DNA from: Trichosphaerium sp. ATCC 40318
Lineage: Eukaryota > Protista > Tubulinea
DNA length: 64,000 nucleotides
Assembly: GCA_038496445.1 (NCBI GenBank)
Contig: JALMLS010000075.1
Span: 355,435 to 419,434 of the forward strand
Reading direction: 5' to 3'
The position numbers and the translations under genes are program-made. Of this stretch, positions 24,961 to 40,596 are shown in pieces. Positions within the stretch are counted from its first letter, which is position 1, and every line of letters begins with the position of its first letter. The notes under the pieces were generated by a model. It was given only the letters and a program-made list of their open reading frames with translations, had not been told where the DNA came from and made no database searches.

Positions 24961-27900
24961 ATGACAAGTAAAGTTCCAGTTTTGGCGCTAGTTACAGTCT
25001 TGGCTGTACTAGTGGCTATTGTTGATAGTGTTCCTCTCAACGTTCATGTACATTGTTGTTTGTTATTAGTTTCACTCTAATTTCTCGTAGGTGATAGCAC
25101 ATACGCACGACGTACACTATATTAGAAGTTAATTGATCGTTTAGTTACAAACTTTTTTGTAGGACGTTGGTTGGTTAAAAACGGTTGATCAATATTACAT
25201 GGGCTCAAACGAAAGCATACAAGTACGTTTATCGTGGAGAAAGCCGTTTGAGTGTTGTCGTCGAACCGTTCTCACTCGCTTGTACAGGTTGCTGGTGTGC
25301 AGTACATTCTTGACACCGTGGTACAAAGTTTGCTGTCACATCCAGAAAGGCGCTTTATTTACGTTGAACAAGGGTTTTTCAGTAGGTACGCGGTTGAAAA
25401 ACGTATTTGCGACAACTCACAACGCTTAGATGGTGGAGAGAACAAAATGACGAGAAAAAGGCGCAAGTGAGGTCTCTAGTGGCCAAAGGTCAACTAGAAA
25501 TGATAAATGGAGGGTACAGCATTTTGTTTCTTTCGAAAAAAAGAAAAAACTTTGCAGTAAAAAAACTTGGCCTTTTGCTCCGTCGTATTCAATCGAAACA
25601 ACGGCTATCAAAAAAAATACTTGACATAATGTTGTACAACAGTGTGACCACTATCAATATTAATACTTCACTTTGACAGATGGTCGATGAATGATGAAGC
25701 ATGCACTCATTACCAAGCTGTAACAACGGTAACTACTATTTTCTCACTTGGCATTTCTTTGTACTTATCGGATTGTTTTAGAACATGGAGCTAGGCGGTC
25801 GTTATATCCTAAATGCTGTTGGTGCTCCACCTAAAATAGGCTGGCATATTGACCCATTTGGTCATGCGAATACAATGGTAAAAGTTGAACGGTTAGCACC
25901 TTTGCTACCCATTTTGTTTGTGAATTTTTTTGTAATGTTCATAAATTTGTTAAAACCTATTGCAGGCAACAATCATGTCTCAGATAGGATACAACGGATT
26001 TTTCTACGCTAGAATAGATTATGAAGATTACCAACAACGAGTTGCCAAAAAGACAACTGAGTCAGTTTGGCGTCCATCAAAGAGCTTTGGTTCAGCGTCT
26101 GATATCTACACAGGAGTACTTTTCGGTACCGGCTCACGTGACCTCTATACCTCTATACACTCTAAGCTTTTCTTCCAGATACAACGTACTGCTACCCACC
26201 AGGTTTGCATTTCGAGGATGGTCGCGATCCACCGGTACAAGACAACCCATTGTTAGAAGGTAAGTGTCGACCTTATTGTTTTATTTGCGCTTACTTTAAT
26301 ACCAGATATGAATGTCAAGGAACTTTCCGACAACTTTGTCAATTTTATTAGAAGACAGCATGATGCTTACCCTACTAATAACATTATGATTACATTCGGT
26401 TGTGATTTTCAGTATATGAATGCAGATATTAACTTCAAGGTAATGATTTTATTTACCTTTTTTTTTGACGAAGTTTTCATTTTTTCTCTTGTAGAACATG
26501 GATAAGCTCATCAAGTATATCAATGCTAATCCATCGTATGATATGAAATTATTCTACTCTACACCAACTACGTACATTGATTATATTCATTCCGAGGTAA
26601 CACCAAGCAGTTTTTGTTGCTCTTTGTAACTTTTTTTTTTAGAACATCACCTTTACTGTAAAAACCGATGATCTTTTCCCGTATGGTAGTGGACCACACT
26701 CCTACTGGACAGGTTATTTCACTAGGTACGCATAATAAGCTTTCAAATCCATTAACAAAGCTGTAGTCGGCCAGCACTAAAGGGATATGTCCGTACTGTA
26801 CGTCTTAAATTCAATATATTCTAATCTGTTGACTAATCTTTTAGCGTTCCCACTTACTTCATCTGTCAGAACTCATGTATTCGATTGTTCCTTCCACAAT
26901 ACCTGTTAAGGTAACATCTTGTCCGCTGTCACTATTAATAAGTTCTGTTTCTGTAGCCTTACAAACTTCCAAACTTGTTACCTTTAGAAAAGGCTGTTGG
27001 AGTAACACAACATCATGATGCGGTCTCAGGAACAGCAAAGTACGCGCTTATTACTCATAAACATCCAAGTATATTGACACAACATAAGGCAACACGTAAC
27101 AGACGACTATGCCAAGCGATTGAGCATAGGATCTGCTCTAGCCAATAAGATGATTGGAGACATTACTGGAGCGTTACTATCGAAGGTATGCTAACTGAGT
27201 CTTACATATGATGAATGATGATTTGTATAGGCAACAGGCGATGCACCAGCATTAACATTCTGTCCTCTCCTAAACGAATCTAAGTGTGATGCTTTGGTAA
27301 GTTATTAGTCAATTTTTTTCCCAACTAATGACTTCGGAATAGGCTGATCTAGATAAACTTAAAGCTGGTGAATACATACCTATTGTATTGTATAATACTT
27401 TGGCTTGGAACCGCGATACTACTGTTCGCGTACCTGTTGGTAGTGGAAGCTATAAAGGTAAATTCCGTGTCTGCTTTTTGTTTTCGCGCACTTTTTGTTG
27501 CCATTTCCTCATGTTTACATCGATTGTTATTCATGTCATCATTTAGTATCGAACGGTACAAAAACTGTTCCATCCGAAGTTCATAATGAGTATGGATCAT
27601 ATTGGTTGTACTTTAAGGTACTTTTACCTTTTAAAAGGTTTTGAGAAAATGATTTATCTAACCTTTTCATAAGGCTTCTCTGCCTGCTACTGGGTTCAAA
27701 GGTATTAATATTTGTAACGAATAGTGTTATCTAACAACGTATTGTTTAGTATATTTCATTGGATCATCAACATCAGCAGAATCTTCAAGAGTTTCTATTG
27801 CTGCAGCTACAACAATTGAAAATGAATACTACTCAATCAACTTTTCACCTGATGGCACTTCAATGACCAGCGTCTTGAACAAGAAGACCGGTAAAACAAC

Positions 27901-29602
27901 AACAGTAAGCAGTTCCCTGAAAAGTCTTATTGTATTTCTAATACCGCTTAGATGAACAACAAGATAATGTTCTACGAACCAGCTACAGAAACCGACGGCC
28001 AAGCATCAGGTAACTTAGATTTCGGGATTTTATTTATTGTTATTGGATCACGTGATTAAAGTATTTTTAGGAGCGTATATATTCCGCCCTCTTGGTTCTG
28101 CCAACGAGTTCCTTCCAATAACAACAACAGCAGATGTACAAAAAGGATCCATAGTTCAACAAGTCACTCAAGTTGTAAGACCTTGGTTGAAACAAACTAT
28201 CCGTCTTTATGCTGGCGAAAACCGTATAGAAGTAGCTTCTCAGATTGGTCCTATTGATATATCCAACAAACAAGGCAAAGAAAGTACGTTCAAGCATGTT
28301 GTTTTATTGCCTTTTTTTTTAATGCTCTTGGGACATTTCTCTAACTCTGTTTTAGTTATTGTTCGATTCTCAACTGACTTGAAGAATGGTAAGACATTCT
28401 ACACCGACTCAATGGGTACGTTTCTCTTTATGATGAAAATATATTGCATCAGGTGGTTTTAAAGAAAATTATCTTACCTTTCTTCTTTAGGTCAAGAATT
28501 TCAGGAGCGTATATTGGATCATAGATTCTCGTATAATAATACAATAACTGAACCTATCGGATCAAACTATTATCCTATCAATGCCATGGCTTATATTCAA
28601 GACAAAGCACAAGATGTTCAATTAACTGCACGTGCTCTTTTTTAGCGAAACATTATTAACAACATCATAGTGGCTTACTGATCGGTCAAGAGGTGGTAGT
28701 AGCTTATCAGAAGGTCAATTAGAGACCATGCTTCATCGTAGAGACCTATGGGACGACCGTAAGTAGTAGAGACTAATTTCATAAGCTTATCATTGTTTAA
28801 GATTTTGGAGTTGGAGAAGCTCTCAATGAAACAACCAAAATTTACACTACAGATCAAGTACGAATTAATTAATGTCTTCATCGAATACGCATTAACGTTA
28901 TTCAAAGGTTATTGTATCTAGCATCAAGTCTTCACCTTCAGAAGCACGTACACTGGCTCAATATCAACTCAATCCTGTTACTATGGCTTTTGGCGCACCT
29001 ACACTCTTGACGTCTTGGTATCCATTCGTTTTGTCTTTTCAACGTATTTACTGTTTTGTACTAGGCAATCTCGTTATAATAATGCATTCAGCGGTGTTAC
29101 AAGAACATTACCAGCTAATGTATACTTACAAACATTCCGTCCTATTCTTGTATGTTTGTGGTTTTCTCATATTTTTCTTATTTTTACTCACTGTTCTTTA
29201 TTAGTATCCAGAGGATAGCGAGCAGTACCTTATACGGTTACATCATTTGTACCAAGTAGGAGAAGATGATGTCCTTGCTAAACCTGTTACAGTAAGAATA
29301 AAGGATCTATTTGTTAACAAGACACCAACAAGTATTGAAGAGTACAACTTAACTGGTACGTACAAAACGCCAGATTTATCCTTTGGTCCTGTCTTGTAAC
29401 AATCTAGTACTATTCTAATATTCGACTAATTGTGACTGCTATAGGTACTGTAAAGAAAGCAGACGTAAAGAGATATAAGTGGCGTACAACTGGCAAAGAA
29501 GAAGAACCAATCAAGTTTGATTATAAATCAGAATCTCCAAAGGATGAGTGGGATATTGTATTATCTCCAATGGAAACAAGGACTTTTATTGTGTCTGTTT
29601 AG
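24961..29602 (+). CDS. Lysosomal alpha-mannosidase, GH38 (MAN2B1/ManA-like), many exons
   Basis: Signal peptide, [75 protein letters not shown]. Confidence 0.95.
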
Positions 29603-30027
29603 AATACGCTATAAATAAACCTATACTACTTCTCAACCCAACACAATTTTCTCTTATAACATAAAATCAGATTTAAGGGCACTTTAACCACAGTGTTAAT
29701 AATCACCTAATAACAATGGTTTAGTACCTCTCTCAATCTAGTATGTCATAAGATCTTTTGAGTGCTTGTGAACGCAATGATCACTGCGTTTTCTTGGCCT
29801 TGAATATGTATATTGTGCTGCTATCTACCATTATAACTTTCCCCATGTAATGGCAAGCAAAAAAAAATAGGCCCGAAATTCGGGGTTTCTTTTTTGTAGT
29901 TTTTAGCTCTTTTATTCTCTGTAGTTTAGAGGTATAAACCAGAGCCTCTATCATAAATATGATACTTTAATAAGATTAAAAGAAAGCTACAGTGTGTTGA
30001 CGAACAACGTGCTTTATGGAGCGTAAG

Positions 30028-31315
30028 ATGCCAATCATACAACACCAGCGACCAAACGGAACTAAATCAAGGAAAAATCTGGTTCACTTAGACAAATATT
30101 GCCAGCGCATGGTTTGAGTGAATGATTAATAGACGTCCCACGTCATATCTCAACAGAGTCCAATTTCAAGAAACAGAGATAAACGGTTCTTCGTAAATTG
30201 GCAATTAAACCAAAGGGATTCGCAAGAATGACAAACTTTTTGACATCATAAGGTACTACCTTACTGCTTTTGTCACTTTCGTACCTTTAGAAAATAAATG
30301 GCTCACTCTCTTTGTGATGAAGATATTTCGCGGTTACACGCGTTGGAAAGAAGGTATTAAATTTGAGAAAACCGTTTTTTGGTTCCTCGCTAGTAATGCG
30401 TAGAGACCAATCTTCTATTTGTTTGTAGAGCGTGTATCAGCTCTTCCCTCATAAGAACGAAGGTGTAATGTGATTTAGCTCACAAGCCTGAACTGCTAAA
30501 CACTTGGTTATTGTTTCAGCCGCACACAATGTAAGCACCTCTTCGTCTTGGTTTGGTTGTATAACATTGCTGTAGGGATCAACGCCAATATACTTTTCAT
30601 TCGACACAGATAGGAGAGAAAGGGGTGACTAGAACAACTGCAGAAGAAAATCTAATATGGAGTGCTGTAAGCGTCCTTCAGCACATTAAGTTTGTTTTCT
30701 AATTGTTTTTGAAGGCTTACTGGAGACTATTCTCACTATTATACTGTGGTATTCATAGCTACTGGTTCGGGAGGAATAGCAAACCTATGCTGAACGCTTT
30801 GGCTCTTACTACAATTATTGGCATAGGTGTACGACAAATTGATGATTATCAGTACATTGTCGAGTACGGTCATATTTTGATATCACGTGATTCGAATACA
30901 TAACAAACGTTTAGGCATCATAATTTATTCATGCTCGCCTTGAGCGTATTCACAACAGAGAAGCCTAAGAAGGCTAGGAGTGTGTATTCCGTCTACAAAG
31001 CCCTGAAGAGGTGGGTCCAAAATTATTTTTATTTGGGTTCATCTTTCTTACTAAACTCACGTGTATAGGTGGGCTTCTGTTGGAGATAGGCGACGTGTTA
31101 GAAGTACTTGGCAGTTTCATATATATGAAAACGAGAGACAATTGTGGAGAGAGATTGTAGCAGAAGCGCAACATTTTATATCCACAAAGCCTTCAGTAAC
31201 TTGGATATGGAGTCATTATGACGAAGGTCACCCAGAGAAAAAAGAAACTGTTCCTTTATTCTCTTACAATTTTATTCTACTTCTTGAATCCATTGTATAC
31301 GCCACACACCTTTGA
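30028..31315 (+). CDS. Hypothetical multi-exon protein
   Basis: Series of GT-AG-bounded exons ending RWASVGDRRRVRSTWQFHIYENERQLW...YATHL*, followed by AATAAA. Confidence 0.45.
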
Positions 31316-31569
31316 AACTAAATTAAATAAAACGTGTAATTTGCTAAAAAACTGTTTTCTTTGTGTTTCAAAGAAGTACATTGCGCAAACAGCACGACCA
31401 GTTCTTGGTATTTTTACAATTTGTGTTTCGGAGCGAAAATAAAAATAAATCATTTTGTAGCTAGCACTCCTCACACCAAGTAGGTAGCGTGGTCGATCAT
31501 GCTAAGGAAGTTGCTTCACAATCAGGCTTTAAACTTTTTCAACAAGAATGATTTTCTTACCTCTGAGTA

Positions 31570-32432
31570 ACATAACCACGTTTACTTGGTAAGAACGTCA
31601 CAATGTACCATGGTAGATGATAGAGCTAATTTTTTGTGATGGTGGTGAGCAACTTCGAGTTTTTTTTTGTTTTCTTTTTGAATTGCCAGAAAAACTGCCA
31701 GCAGCTAAATTCTACCCTGATGTAGCGCACCTGTCATTTTATTGTGAACCGCTAACTTGTTACGGCACAGTAGCAAATAGAGCCAACAAATAAGTGTAGC
31801 TCCAGCATCAATGTACCATGACAACTCGAGGATACGATACTTTTAGTGAAACTAAAATGCATGTCCATTCTTTTAGATTGTGTATTGGTGCCGCTGTTAC
31901 CTTTCCATTAGCCATACGGATTCGCAACGAAAACCCCTAAAAAGTATTAGCTATTGAAACAACGTAGAAGTAGACCAGAGACGTACCATAGTTGAGAACC
32001 CTATGTCTTCCTGGGTCCTATAACTCTAATGTTATGTGTTTTTTATCCTTTCTATATTAGCCTAAGTTAACGCGCTGGCATACGTATTTATGTTAGCTCG
32101 TTCTTTCCAGTACGCGGTATACCTATTGGGAGAAGTTTGGAATAATGGGAGAGGTAAAGATTCGGACTTGTTTCAATTGGGAATACTAGTCAATACTGAG
32201 CATAGGGCAACTGTAAGTATCCTGCCTATTTGGTTACAAGACCATGCAAGCGTGTGTTTCCTGCTATCTAAACTAGCCATTAGCCAATACACATAGTAAT
32301 TGTATCATCATCGTGCGTATAGGAGTTAAATAAGGTACGACGGACGCCCAGCAGGGACAAAATAATACTCCGAAAAAATAAAAAGCAAGCTGCTATGCTG
32401 TGTTTTTTTGGCTTTCGCGTGACAACGGACAT
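31570..32432 (-). CDS. Possible secreted hypothetical protein (model unresolved)
   Basis: MSVVTRKPKKHSIAACFLFFGVLFCPCWAS signal-like start and exon-like segments such as GFSLRIRMANGKVTAAPIHNLKEW. Could not be fully spliced. Confidence 0.25.
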
Positions 32433-32773
32433 ATATAATCACCGCAATCTTAAAGTCATGATAGCTCATTAGACTAATAATAACAAGATAGCTATATCAA
32501 AGAGATTAAAAACTATTTTGAAGAAATTAAGGATAATGTCGATTTCTCACATTGCTTTAGCACATTTTCTAAAGTAGTGGCACGTGATTAATCTTACTGG
32601 TAGGGAAGATTTTACAGATGAAGGGAGTAGGCATACGCTGGAATACAAACACCGAATGTAATCTGTTGTATGCTTATTGCAAGCCTTAACTCCTTTTCTT
32701 GTTGTTGGAGCGGCTATACCTAGAAATAGGCAATCTACAAGTAAAGAGGTGGTATGAAGAAAATGACATTCTT

Positions 32774-34065
32774 TATTTTGTAGCAATATTATTAGTTTTT
32801 TTTTTGTTTCTTTGGAGATGGCCGATTCTCAAATACTATTGTTTTATCAACGCAATGCTCAGCTTTTCTAGATCCTGTATATTTCACGTGATATAAAACC
32901 CTCTTAGGTCTAGTGCTAAGTACCTCTCTCCCATAGTAGAATTTGTCTTGGTATTTAAATTCCTAAAGTAATAAATCAGGTCAGTGTGCTTTATTGGTTT
33001 TTCTTCGTATTTCGAAAAGGCTACCATCAAAGCTATGGCTTAAATAGTACACAAAGATGCCTTAAAAAATCAAATAGAGTCAAGGATAGAATTAGGATAA
33101 GTAAGAAAGTACCCATAGAATGTAAGCCTTCTTTCCGAATTCTTTTACACACTCATAAATACTATCTTCCATCTCTCTGAATGAACCACGATTTACACCA
33201 GAATTTTGCGGAAATATATTAATGGGATCTCTAAAATATAAATTAGGAATCGACAAGCGTGCAAGTACGCGAAAGAGTCCGAAATGAAGTCCAAAATCTA
33301 AACAAAAAAAAAAAAAATACTTACAATCCACTTCCACCTAGCCTGTTCGCTAAAATATGACCGGCGTCATCTCGTTCCCCATCCACTATGGTCCAACATT
33401 AGTTGAGGATATAATAAGTCTATAATAAACTCACAATACTCGTTCGTGTACTTCCTTGTTGCTCTCTCAGTTGCTGATCCTTTATCCAAAGTACGCCAAC
33501 TTACAACAGCTGTTGCCCACTCCACACGTGATTTTTTACTATTTACCGGGATATATTTATAAGATACAGGTCCACGTGAATTACGAACACCATAGTCAAA
33601 GACATAAATACGACCAGAAGGAGGCAGTCCTAAGAGGAAAAAAATAATTAGTTTTCTGAAAAGCTCACAAAATAGAAAACCTTCCAAGCGTTTATTGGAG
33701 TTGGTTTTAGTGGTTTTGGACAGTAGAACTGCCTTCAGAGACGGTAATTCTTGGAGCGGAACGACTACGATACGAGAACAATAGTTTTGAGCTCAAACAC
33801 TTTCAACAGAACGCCAGGAGGCTTATATTGCGTCCTTTGGCTTCTTGAATTGCACTATGGTTAAAAACCGCAGTTACGTACCAACATCTGCTTTAACGGG
33901 TGCCACTCTCTTTTTACCGCGATATCTCTTGTTGTATACCTTATCTGTGAATAAACCAGGCAAGATAAGTTTGGTATCTTTTGACGCTGTAGTTACTGCA
34001 ACTACAATTGCAAGTAGTAGCGCATACAACAAAATACACGCTTTATCCATCCAAGTGACTTTCAA
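32774..34065 (-). CDS. Hypothetical secreted or membrane-anchored multi-exon protein
   Basis: Hydrophobic N-terminus (CILLYALLLAIVVAV) and long exon GRIYVFDYGVRNSRGP...LMLDHSGW. The 3' end is approximate. Confidence 0.45.
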
Positions 34066-34306
34066 TTCTACTTAACTTAGGATCACTTAAGGTACAGTGC
34101 CTTGAAGTCAACCCCAGACACAATAAACAAACCTTGTGAAGTGCCTTAGATTTCGTGGCAGGTGTACAAAATCTCATGTAAAATCCATGGATTACCACTT
34201 ATCTGCCACGATGTAAAGCTATAATTAAATGTAATGTAAGGCGAATGTGTTAATGTTCTTAAACAAAACTAACTACACCTTCATCTTATTGTACAACTTT
34301 TTATTA

Positions 34307-36724
34307 TTATTCCTCAGGTGTGCTTGTATCTTCTTTACTAGCAATATGAGATTCACTCGAATCTGATGAAAGAATAGATTCTGCTTCTGAAACTGATACA
34401 AAACTGCGTCCTTTTTTTAAGTCTGGCTTGCTACCACGTGATTTTTTACTAGTAAAGCTTCCAGCTGCAGCCTTGAATTTTCCAAGTTTTTTCAGCATAA
34501 AACTTTTCGGTTGAATTTCTTCTTCGTTTCTTGGAGTAAGAGGCTTTAAATCCTCTGGTATTTTATTAGCAACGTCAATGACTGACTGACGTCTCCTACT
34601 AGACACGGCAGCACTGCTATTTCTTGATCTACTGCCTGTTCCGGAAAAGGTGGTTTGACCTGGGTTATCTGGAGCTTGAACGTGAAACAAAATTCTTGTT
34701 GACTTTCTGAACTTTCTAAAAAACACGCGTTAGCTACCCACGCATCAATTTATACGTTATACAAACCACTTACGGTTGTGCTATCCACAGTGGAAAGAGA
34801 ACTATACCATTACCAAGGGCTGAAATAATAGCGAATATTAAAACTATTAAGTAAGGATTTGATTTTTGGTGAATGTAACTACACTCATCCATAGGCTTGT
34901 CATACAAACATTGTACATACTCAAGTGTTACCTCGACTATCTTTTTTGTACCATGTATATCTACCCACGCTCTTAGGCCTAGCACCAAGGCCAAAGCACA
35001 CCATAAAGCAATCAAAACTGATAAAACTGCAACTGTAATCTTATGTGACTTGTTGGCAAAAGCTTGTTTTCTGGTTACACCAAGCTATAAAAAAAAATCA
35101 CGTGTCAATAACATTGTTTGTATCAAAGCTGTCGAGTGAATTTGTACCTGACAACTTTTAAAAACGATATAACCAAAACAACACGTGGCAATCACCATTG
35201 AAGGGACAAGTGGGAATCCCAAAAAAATGTACCATCGATATTTACCCAGCGCTTTGAAAAGTTAGTTCTATGAAAAAAAGTGGCTGATGCTCACCATAAC
35301 AACTAAAAAACACTGACTCGATATCTCCTACAGCAAGACTTGTACTAGTAGTAACTAATGGAAGTAACCAGATGCAGCAATAGCTTATCTAGTGCAAAAA
35401 ATTAGCGAAAACTACAATGAAGCTCAGCACGCACAATCCGGAAGTATTTGGGTAAACTCTGTTGAAGAGTATTTTTACTTCTATTAAGGCTAAATACAAG
35501 CGTGATAGAGTGCACGGCCCAACATATAAACAGTTGAGTAGTCACAAACGTTACAATGAAGCCTACAATACAATTACAAATGTTAAAAACACAAAATATT
35601 GTCACAATACCAAATGTGTACCTTGTACTGTGCATGGCCAATGCTCAAATCCTTCTGCCTCTCGGGCATCATTTACACATATAATTTTCTTTGGTATTAT
35701 AGCTCCTAATCCACCAACAAAGGAAGCTATCATCGAATCACATATATAAATGATCCAAAAATGAGCACTGAAAGTAAAGTATCTATCAAAAAAAAAACTG
35801 TTAATTTACATCTTCTTTTGTGTCTTTCCGTACGTCTTGTTATTTGTCACAACGAGCAGAGAGAATAACTGAAAAGAAAAACCCATAGAACATACTACGA
35901 TCTGAAGGGTATACAGGGCATTCCATGACTTCATGCTGAAGAGAGGTGGCGGACACATGAAGCATTGTAGGTGCTCGCCGTTTGCTTTCGGATCAAAGAA
36001 GAGCGGCTCCGGACATTCGGTAGGGATGGAAACATCTATGGTAGTTAGCATGGCGTTAGAGTAACTTGATTAGTGGTGTACTGTAAGTGCCAGTGTCATT
36101 TCTACAAGTGGATGATACCAGCTCTGTATCGTTGCAATCTGGTTGCAACGAAATCAAGCTTAATTCTCTTTCGCAGGTCTTTGAAAATGCTGTACACTCG
36201 TCACCACAAGGTTTTACAGGTTCTGTGTGCCATTGTAAGTGTAAATAAGTGAAAATGGTCCATGTCGTTAACGAAGTGTTGTAGGAAAAGAGCAATCTCA
36301 ACTCCTTAGTTTTCAACGTACTTTGCGATCCATCACAAAGATTAAATGACGCAATACAAACAAAAGGCACTCCTACATTTACACATTCTGTAGAAGCTAG
36401 GGATAAGAATGGTTCAAGGCGAGAAGGCTCACTATGTAAGATATCAGCGTGTAAACGTATTAAAGATTGCCTGACGGCAATTGCATGAAATGCTGTTAAA
36501 CCGTATTTATACGCGCTTGAGAGTACTTACGAGTATAGTTCGTCCATTGTGCTATTTCGGAGAGCAATCAAAGTGCCATTTGCAATTATAGTATCACATA
36601 AACGCTCCCTACCACCTCTGTTGTGTAAATACGGACTACAATTTCGTTGGCCAAAAGACAGCCCGCATAGCAATAGTATAATCAAGCAATGGTTGTTTAC
36701 GCTCCACCAGAGCGTGCATTGCAT
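34307..36724 (-). CDS. Frizzled/Smoothened-like GPCR (Cys-rich Fz domain + 7TM + Ser-rich tail)
   Basis: Signal peptide; PFVCIASFNLC, PCGDECTAFSKTC, CPEPL, CFMCPPPLFS linker motifs; several TM exons; cytoplasmic tail at 34307-34726. Confidence 0.82.
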
Positions 36725-37178
36725 TGTTAGACTGTTACTTTCCTTAATTGGTGCACTTGCGCTTGCACAACCAAACCAATCTAACTTAAGAAAATCGTAT
36801 CCCTGGCCTGTACACAACAACGCATGTATTAATAATGGTGCGCAAGTGTTATTTAGTATCTTAGGCCAGCAGGTGAATCACAAAACCCAAATTGACACAA
36901 GCTGTCACACTGAACGGAACTGTCGCCACACTTGAACTCAAACTAAGGCTAGGAAACGTACGATGCTAAAAATGCCTTTTATCCTCTATTTTTGTACGTT
37001 TCTTGAACTCCATCTTTCCACAAAATACCAAAAATCTAAATCTAGATGCTACCAAAAGCTTTTGCTATTTTTTAATGTACACTTTTTTTTTTTTTCATTT
37101 TCAGACAAACTAATGAGACCGAATAGTCCGTAGGGGATTTTAGATACTAGATTCCATTTTCCCTTACCACATGCCAAT

Positions 37179-39556
37179 CTATCGCAATGGTTTTGAGAAT
37201 ACAGGCTGCGTTGTAAACGAAACATGAATACTTCTATTGTCAAGGCAATTTTGAACTGTTGTAGTAAAAAAAGTTAGTGTACTGTACCACCACGTATGTC
37301 ATCTTTTTTTCGTACCTTCATTACCAACATGGGCACTACGATGTATATAAAGAGATTTCAAGCTCTTACAACCATCTAATTTTTTTATACCATCAACAGT
37401 AATATGTCTACAAAATCGAATATCCAATTCTTCAAGAGAACCAAAAGTTGATAAAATTTCAAGCCAATCATCAGTTACTCTTTCACATACATTGAAAAGA
37501 CATGCTTTACGTATATGGCTATGCCTCAGTAATGATAAAATATCAATATTCATACTACAAAGTTTTATACAGTGGTCGAACACCCTACCTCAAATTTATA
37601 AGCTTAAGAACGTTCCAAAAAAACAGCAAATCGTACAGGTCGGCAACAGGCATTGGAAGCCCAAAATTTGCACGTGTTATACCAATCTTCTTATCTAAGT
37701 CTGTACAAGTTGCCCATTCATTTAATTTTGTAGCTACTACATGCATTGCAAGCTCTCGTAAGGGGCGAGGAGATACTTGACCTAATGTAAAACAGTTAGT
37801 ACAATATCAAATGTTCTTTCCTTCATACCAATGCAACCAATCGTAAATTTCGAACTACACAAAATCTTTGTAATACGTGTATTATACAATTTCTCTACAA
37901 GTTTGGGCGTGAACTGATTTTCGTTACTATTATGACCCAACACATTTTCAGCTTGACATTAAATAATTAGACAAAATCATTTTCTATATTATTCTACATA
38001 CCTCCTTTACCAAAACTAAGTACATCACCTTCTTGCGTTAATATCCAAGATGTGTATCCATAAGCGAAAACATCAACAGCAGTAGTGATACCTTAACATA
38101 AGAATGAGAAAAACTCATAGAAAATCTCAAGAAAAGGCTCATAGTACTCACCTGGGATTAAAAACTCGTCATCTGCCAAGTTATGAGTTCTATGACCTGT
38201 ACCCAATTGTCCATACTTATTATTAGAACCCAAGGTATATACAGTGCCATTATCTTGATTAGTCAGCAAAAAAATGTCAAATCACGTGTTGCTTACCACA
38301 TAAAACCACTGAATGCGCTGCTCCTGATGCAACCTTTAGCGCCTTCTGACCACCTATAGGCAGCGAGAAAGGAGGCATATTAACTTGATAAAGTAAAACC
38401 TTTCTATCCTCTAACAAGCGACATAAGCTTCGAAAGCGTTTGGGACAAGATGCGTACCAGTCAAAAGCAAGTTATGATCAATACCACAAGAAACACTCAT
38501 TATACTCACTGTAGACGACTTTGGCGCTAAGAAGCGCCTGTGACGCGCTGCGCCACCAAAAAATACAAGCGTGCCATCTTCTGTTTAGTATACGTTAAAA
38601 CAATCGCAAATAAGGCGGATTGTAACAAGTACCTTTGAGTAGGAGCGAATGAAACGCACCGCAACTGGCATTTATGATTGTTTCCGTCTGTAAGCTTTTT
38701 ACAAACGTAGGCACCATCACACACGTCGGAGAGTTCTGTACAATTCCAGTTTGACCTATTTAAAGTTATTGGAAGCCAAATAGATAAAATAAATTTTAAA
38801 TAGACGCACACGCTGTGTTGTTGCCCCACGTATACACCAAGCCATCATCTAAGCGTTTTATTAGGTATTTGTAAAATAGCAGCTGTAAATCTGATTACCT
38901 GTTAACGCAATATTATGTTCATAGGCCGTGACCACTCTATTGATGAATACGCCTTCAGAATCAAATTTTTTAACTAAAGTAGGCGAACTAGTTCTGAAAA
39001 TTAGAATATACGGAAAAGAGAGGTATCTGACCTGCGTGGTTTAAGATCGTTATGTCCAAGGGTCCCATGAGCACCGTCACCCATACTGTAAACTTTTCCG
39101 GGCTCTAAATCGTAATAAGAATGAGAAAGGTGATCAAAGCTTTGTTTGTTTTCGAACTTTATTGGTTTATTATGAAGAAACATTACGTACTGGATAGAAA
39201 CAATACGTGATTGCTTCCACAGGATACATTATCGATCTTGAAACCATTGATACAAAAAACGGAAGGTCGCGGACTTGCATTACCCCAGCGCAATACGCAA
39301 GAATCAATGGGTATTGGTCCTTCTGAAGTAGCATCTGGAAATTGTCAGATGGTTTTGGAATAAAAATTGTTGTGCCTAAATTAGAGTGGTTCCACTTGTT
39401 GTCAGGGAGTTTTTTTCGTGCTCTATGCGGTCGTGCTTTTCTTTCAGAGGACGTAGAAGTTAACGCGTAGGCAGCGATCGCGGAGCCAACTACAAGCGCA
39501 CCGCATATCGAATACGTAACGCTGGTGTTTACACCTGTTAAAAAGGAGTCCAACAT
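37179..39556 (-). CDS. N-terminally anchored RCC1-repeat protein with C-terminal LRRs
   Basis: TM helix ICGALVVGSAIAAYAL. GKVYSMGDGAHGTLGH, VSCGIDHNLLLT, VASGAAHSV, LGSNNKYGQLGTG. LEELDIRFCRHITVDGI LRR. Confidence 0.85.
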
Positions 39557-40596
39557 TAATTTCTACCAATATTACGGTTCACAGGAAACCTGCAAAACGT
39601 CTGCATTCGAATATGTTGACAATAAAGCGTTGAACCGCAAACGGTGTAAAAAAGTAAAATGGGGAGAAATGTCACCAACGTGATTATCTTATTTTGCAGC
39701 TGCTAAAAGAATTGCCTATTATTGTGGTAGCCAAAACCACGTATCGTGACTTACCCTCTCACTATGCACAATACTTTCGACAAAGAACAACAAAATGACA
39801 TGGACCAGGCGGTAGAAGTATGCGTACGCATTATTGATAACAACAAAGAGAATTACAGGTGCGATAATTGCGTTATACCGGCCAAATTTGTTGCTTGACC
39901 TGTCCCTCAAACCCGATATAGGGTAGTACGTCAAGCTGTACAAGGTTTAGTTCATCTTGCGTCTCGCAAGAGTAATATTCGCGCCCTCGCGGTTTCAAGA
40001 GTTTTACAGGTCATTCGTGACCCTGTGGCGTATAGGTACCATACCGCACCTCAGTGGGCATTATTTTAAGATCAAAACAAAACAATTCGTTAGATCAAAT
40101 CCGCGTCGCTATGCTGTAAAGAGCATTGGTTACCTGTGCTATAATGACGAGACATTTGTTGTACCTTCGGTTGAGCTGTTGCTCGGTTTAACAAAGAGAG
40201 AAAACGAACAGAGTCAGTATGTTCGTAAAGGGGGTAAGCGTTGTCAAAGAGCAGAATAAGCCTGCGACCAATTTTAACTGTTTAATTTGTACCCAAACAA
40301 CACAACGCCAGAAAGCGCTCTTTAGCGCGTGTTAAGAAGTTTTACATCTTAATGCAAATTTAGCGTACTGTGCTTTGAGCAGAATAGGCAGAAAGTACCC
40401 TACGTTTCAAGAGATGCTTGTGCCTATTTTTTTGCAAGGGTATAACGTAAGTTATTTCAATAGACAACTTCACAAAACCTCAAAAAAAGTGCTTTAATTT
40501 TGAACCAAAAGAAAAAGATATCAAACGTTTACTCTCGCTTAGGATAAGCGTTGCAAGAGAAGTATAAAGTGGGGTATTATCATTGGGTTGGGGCGT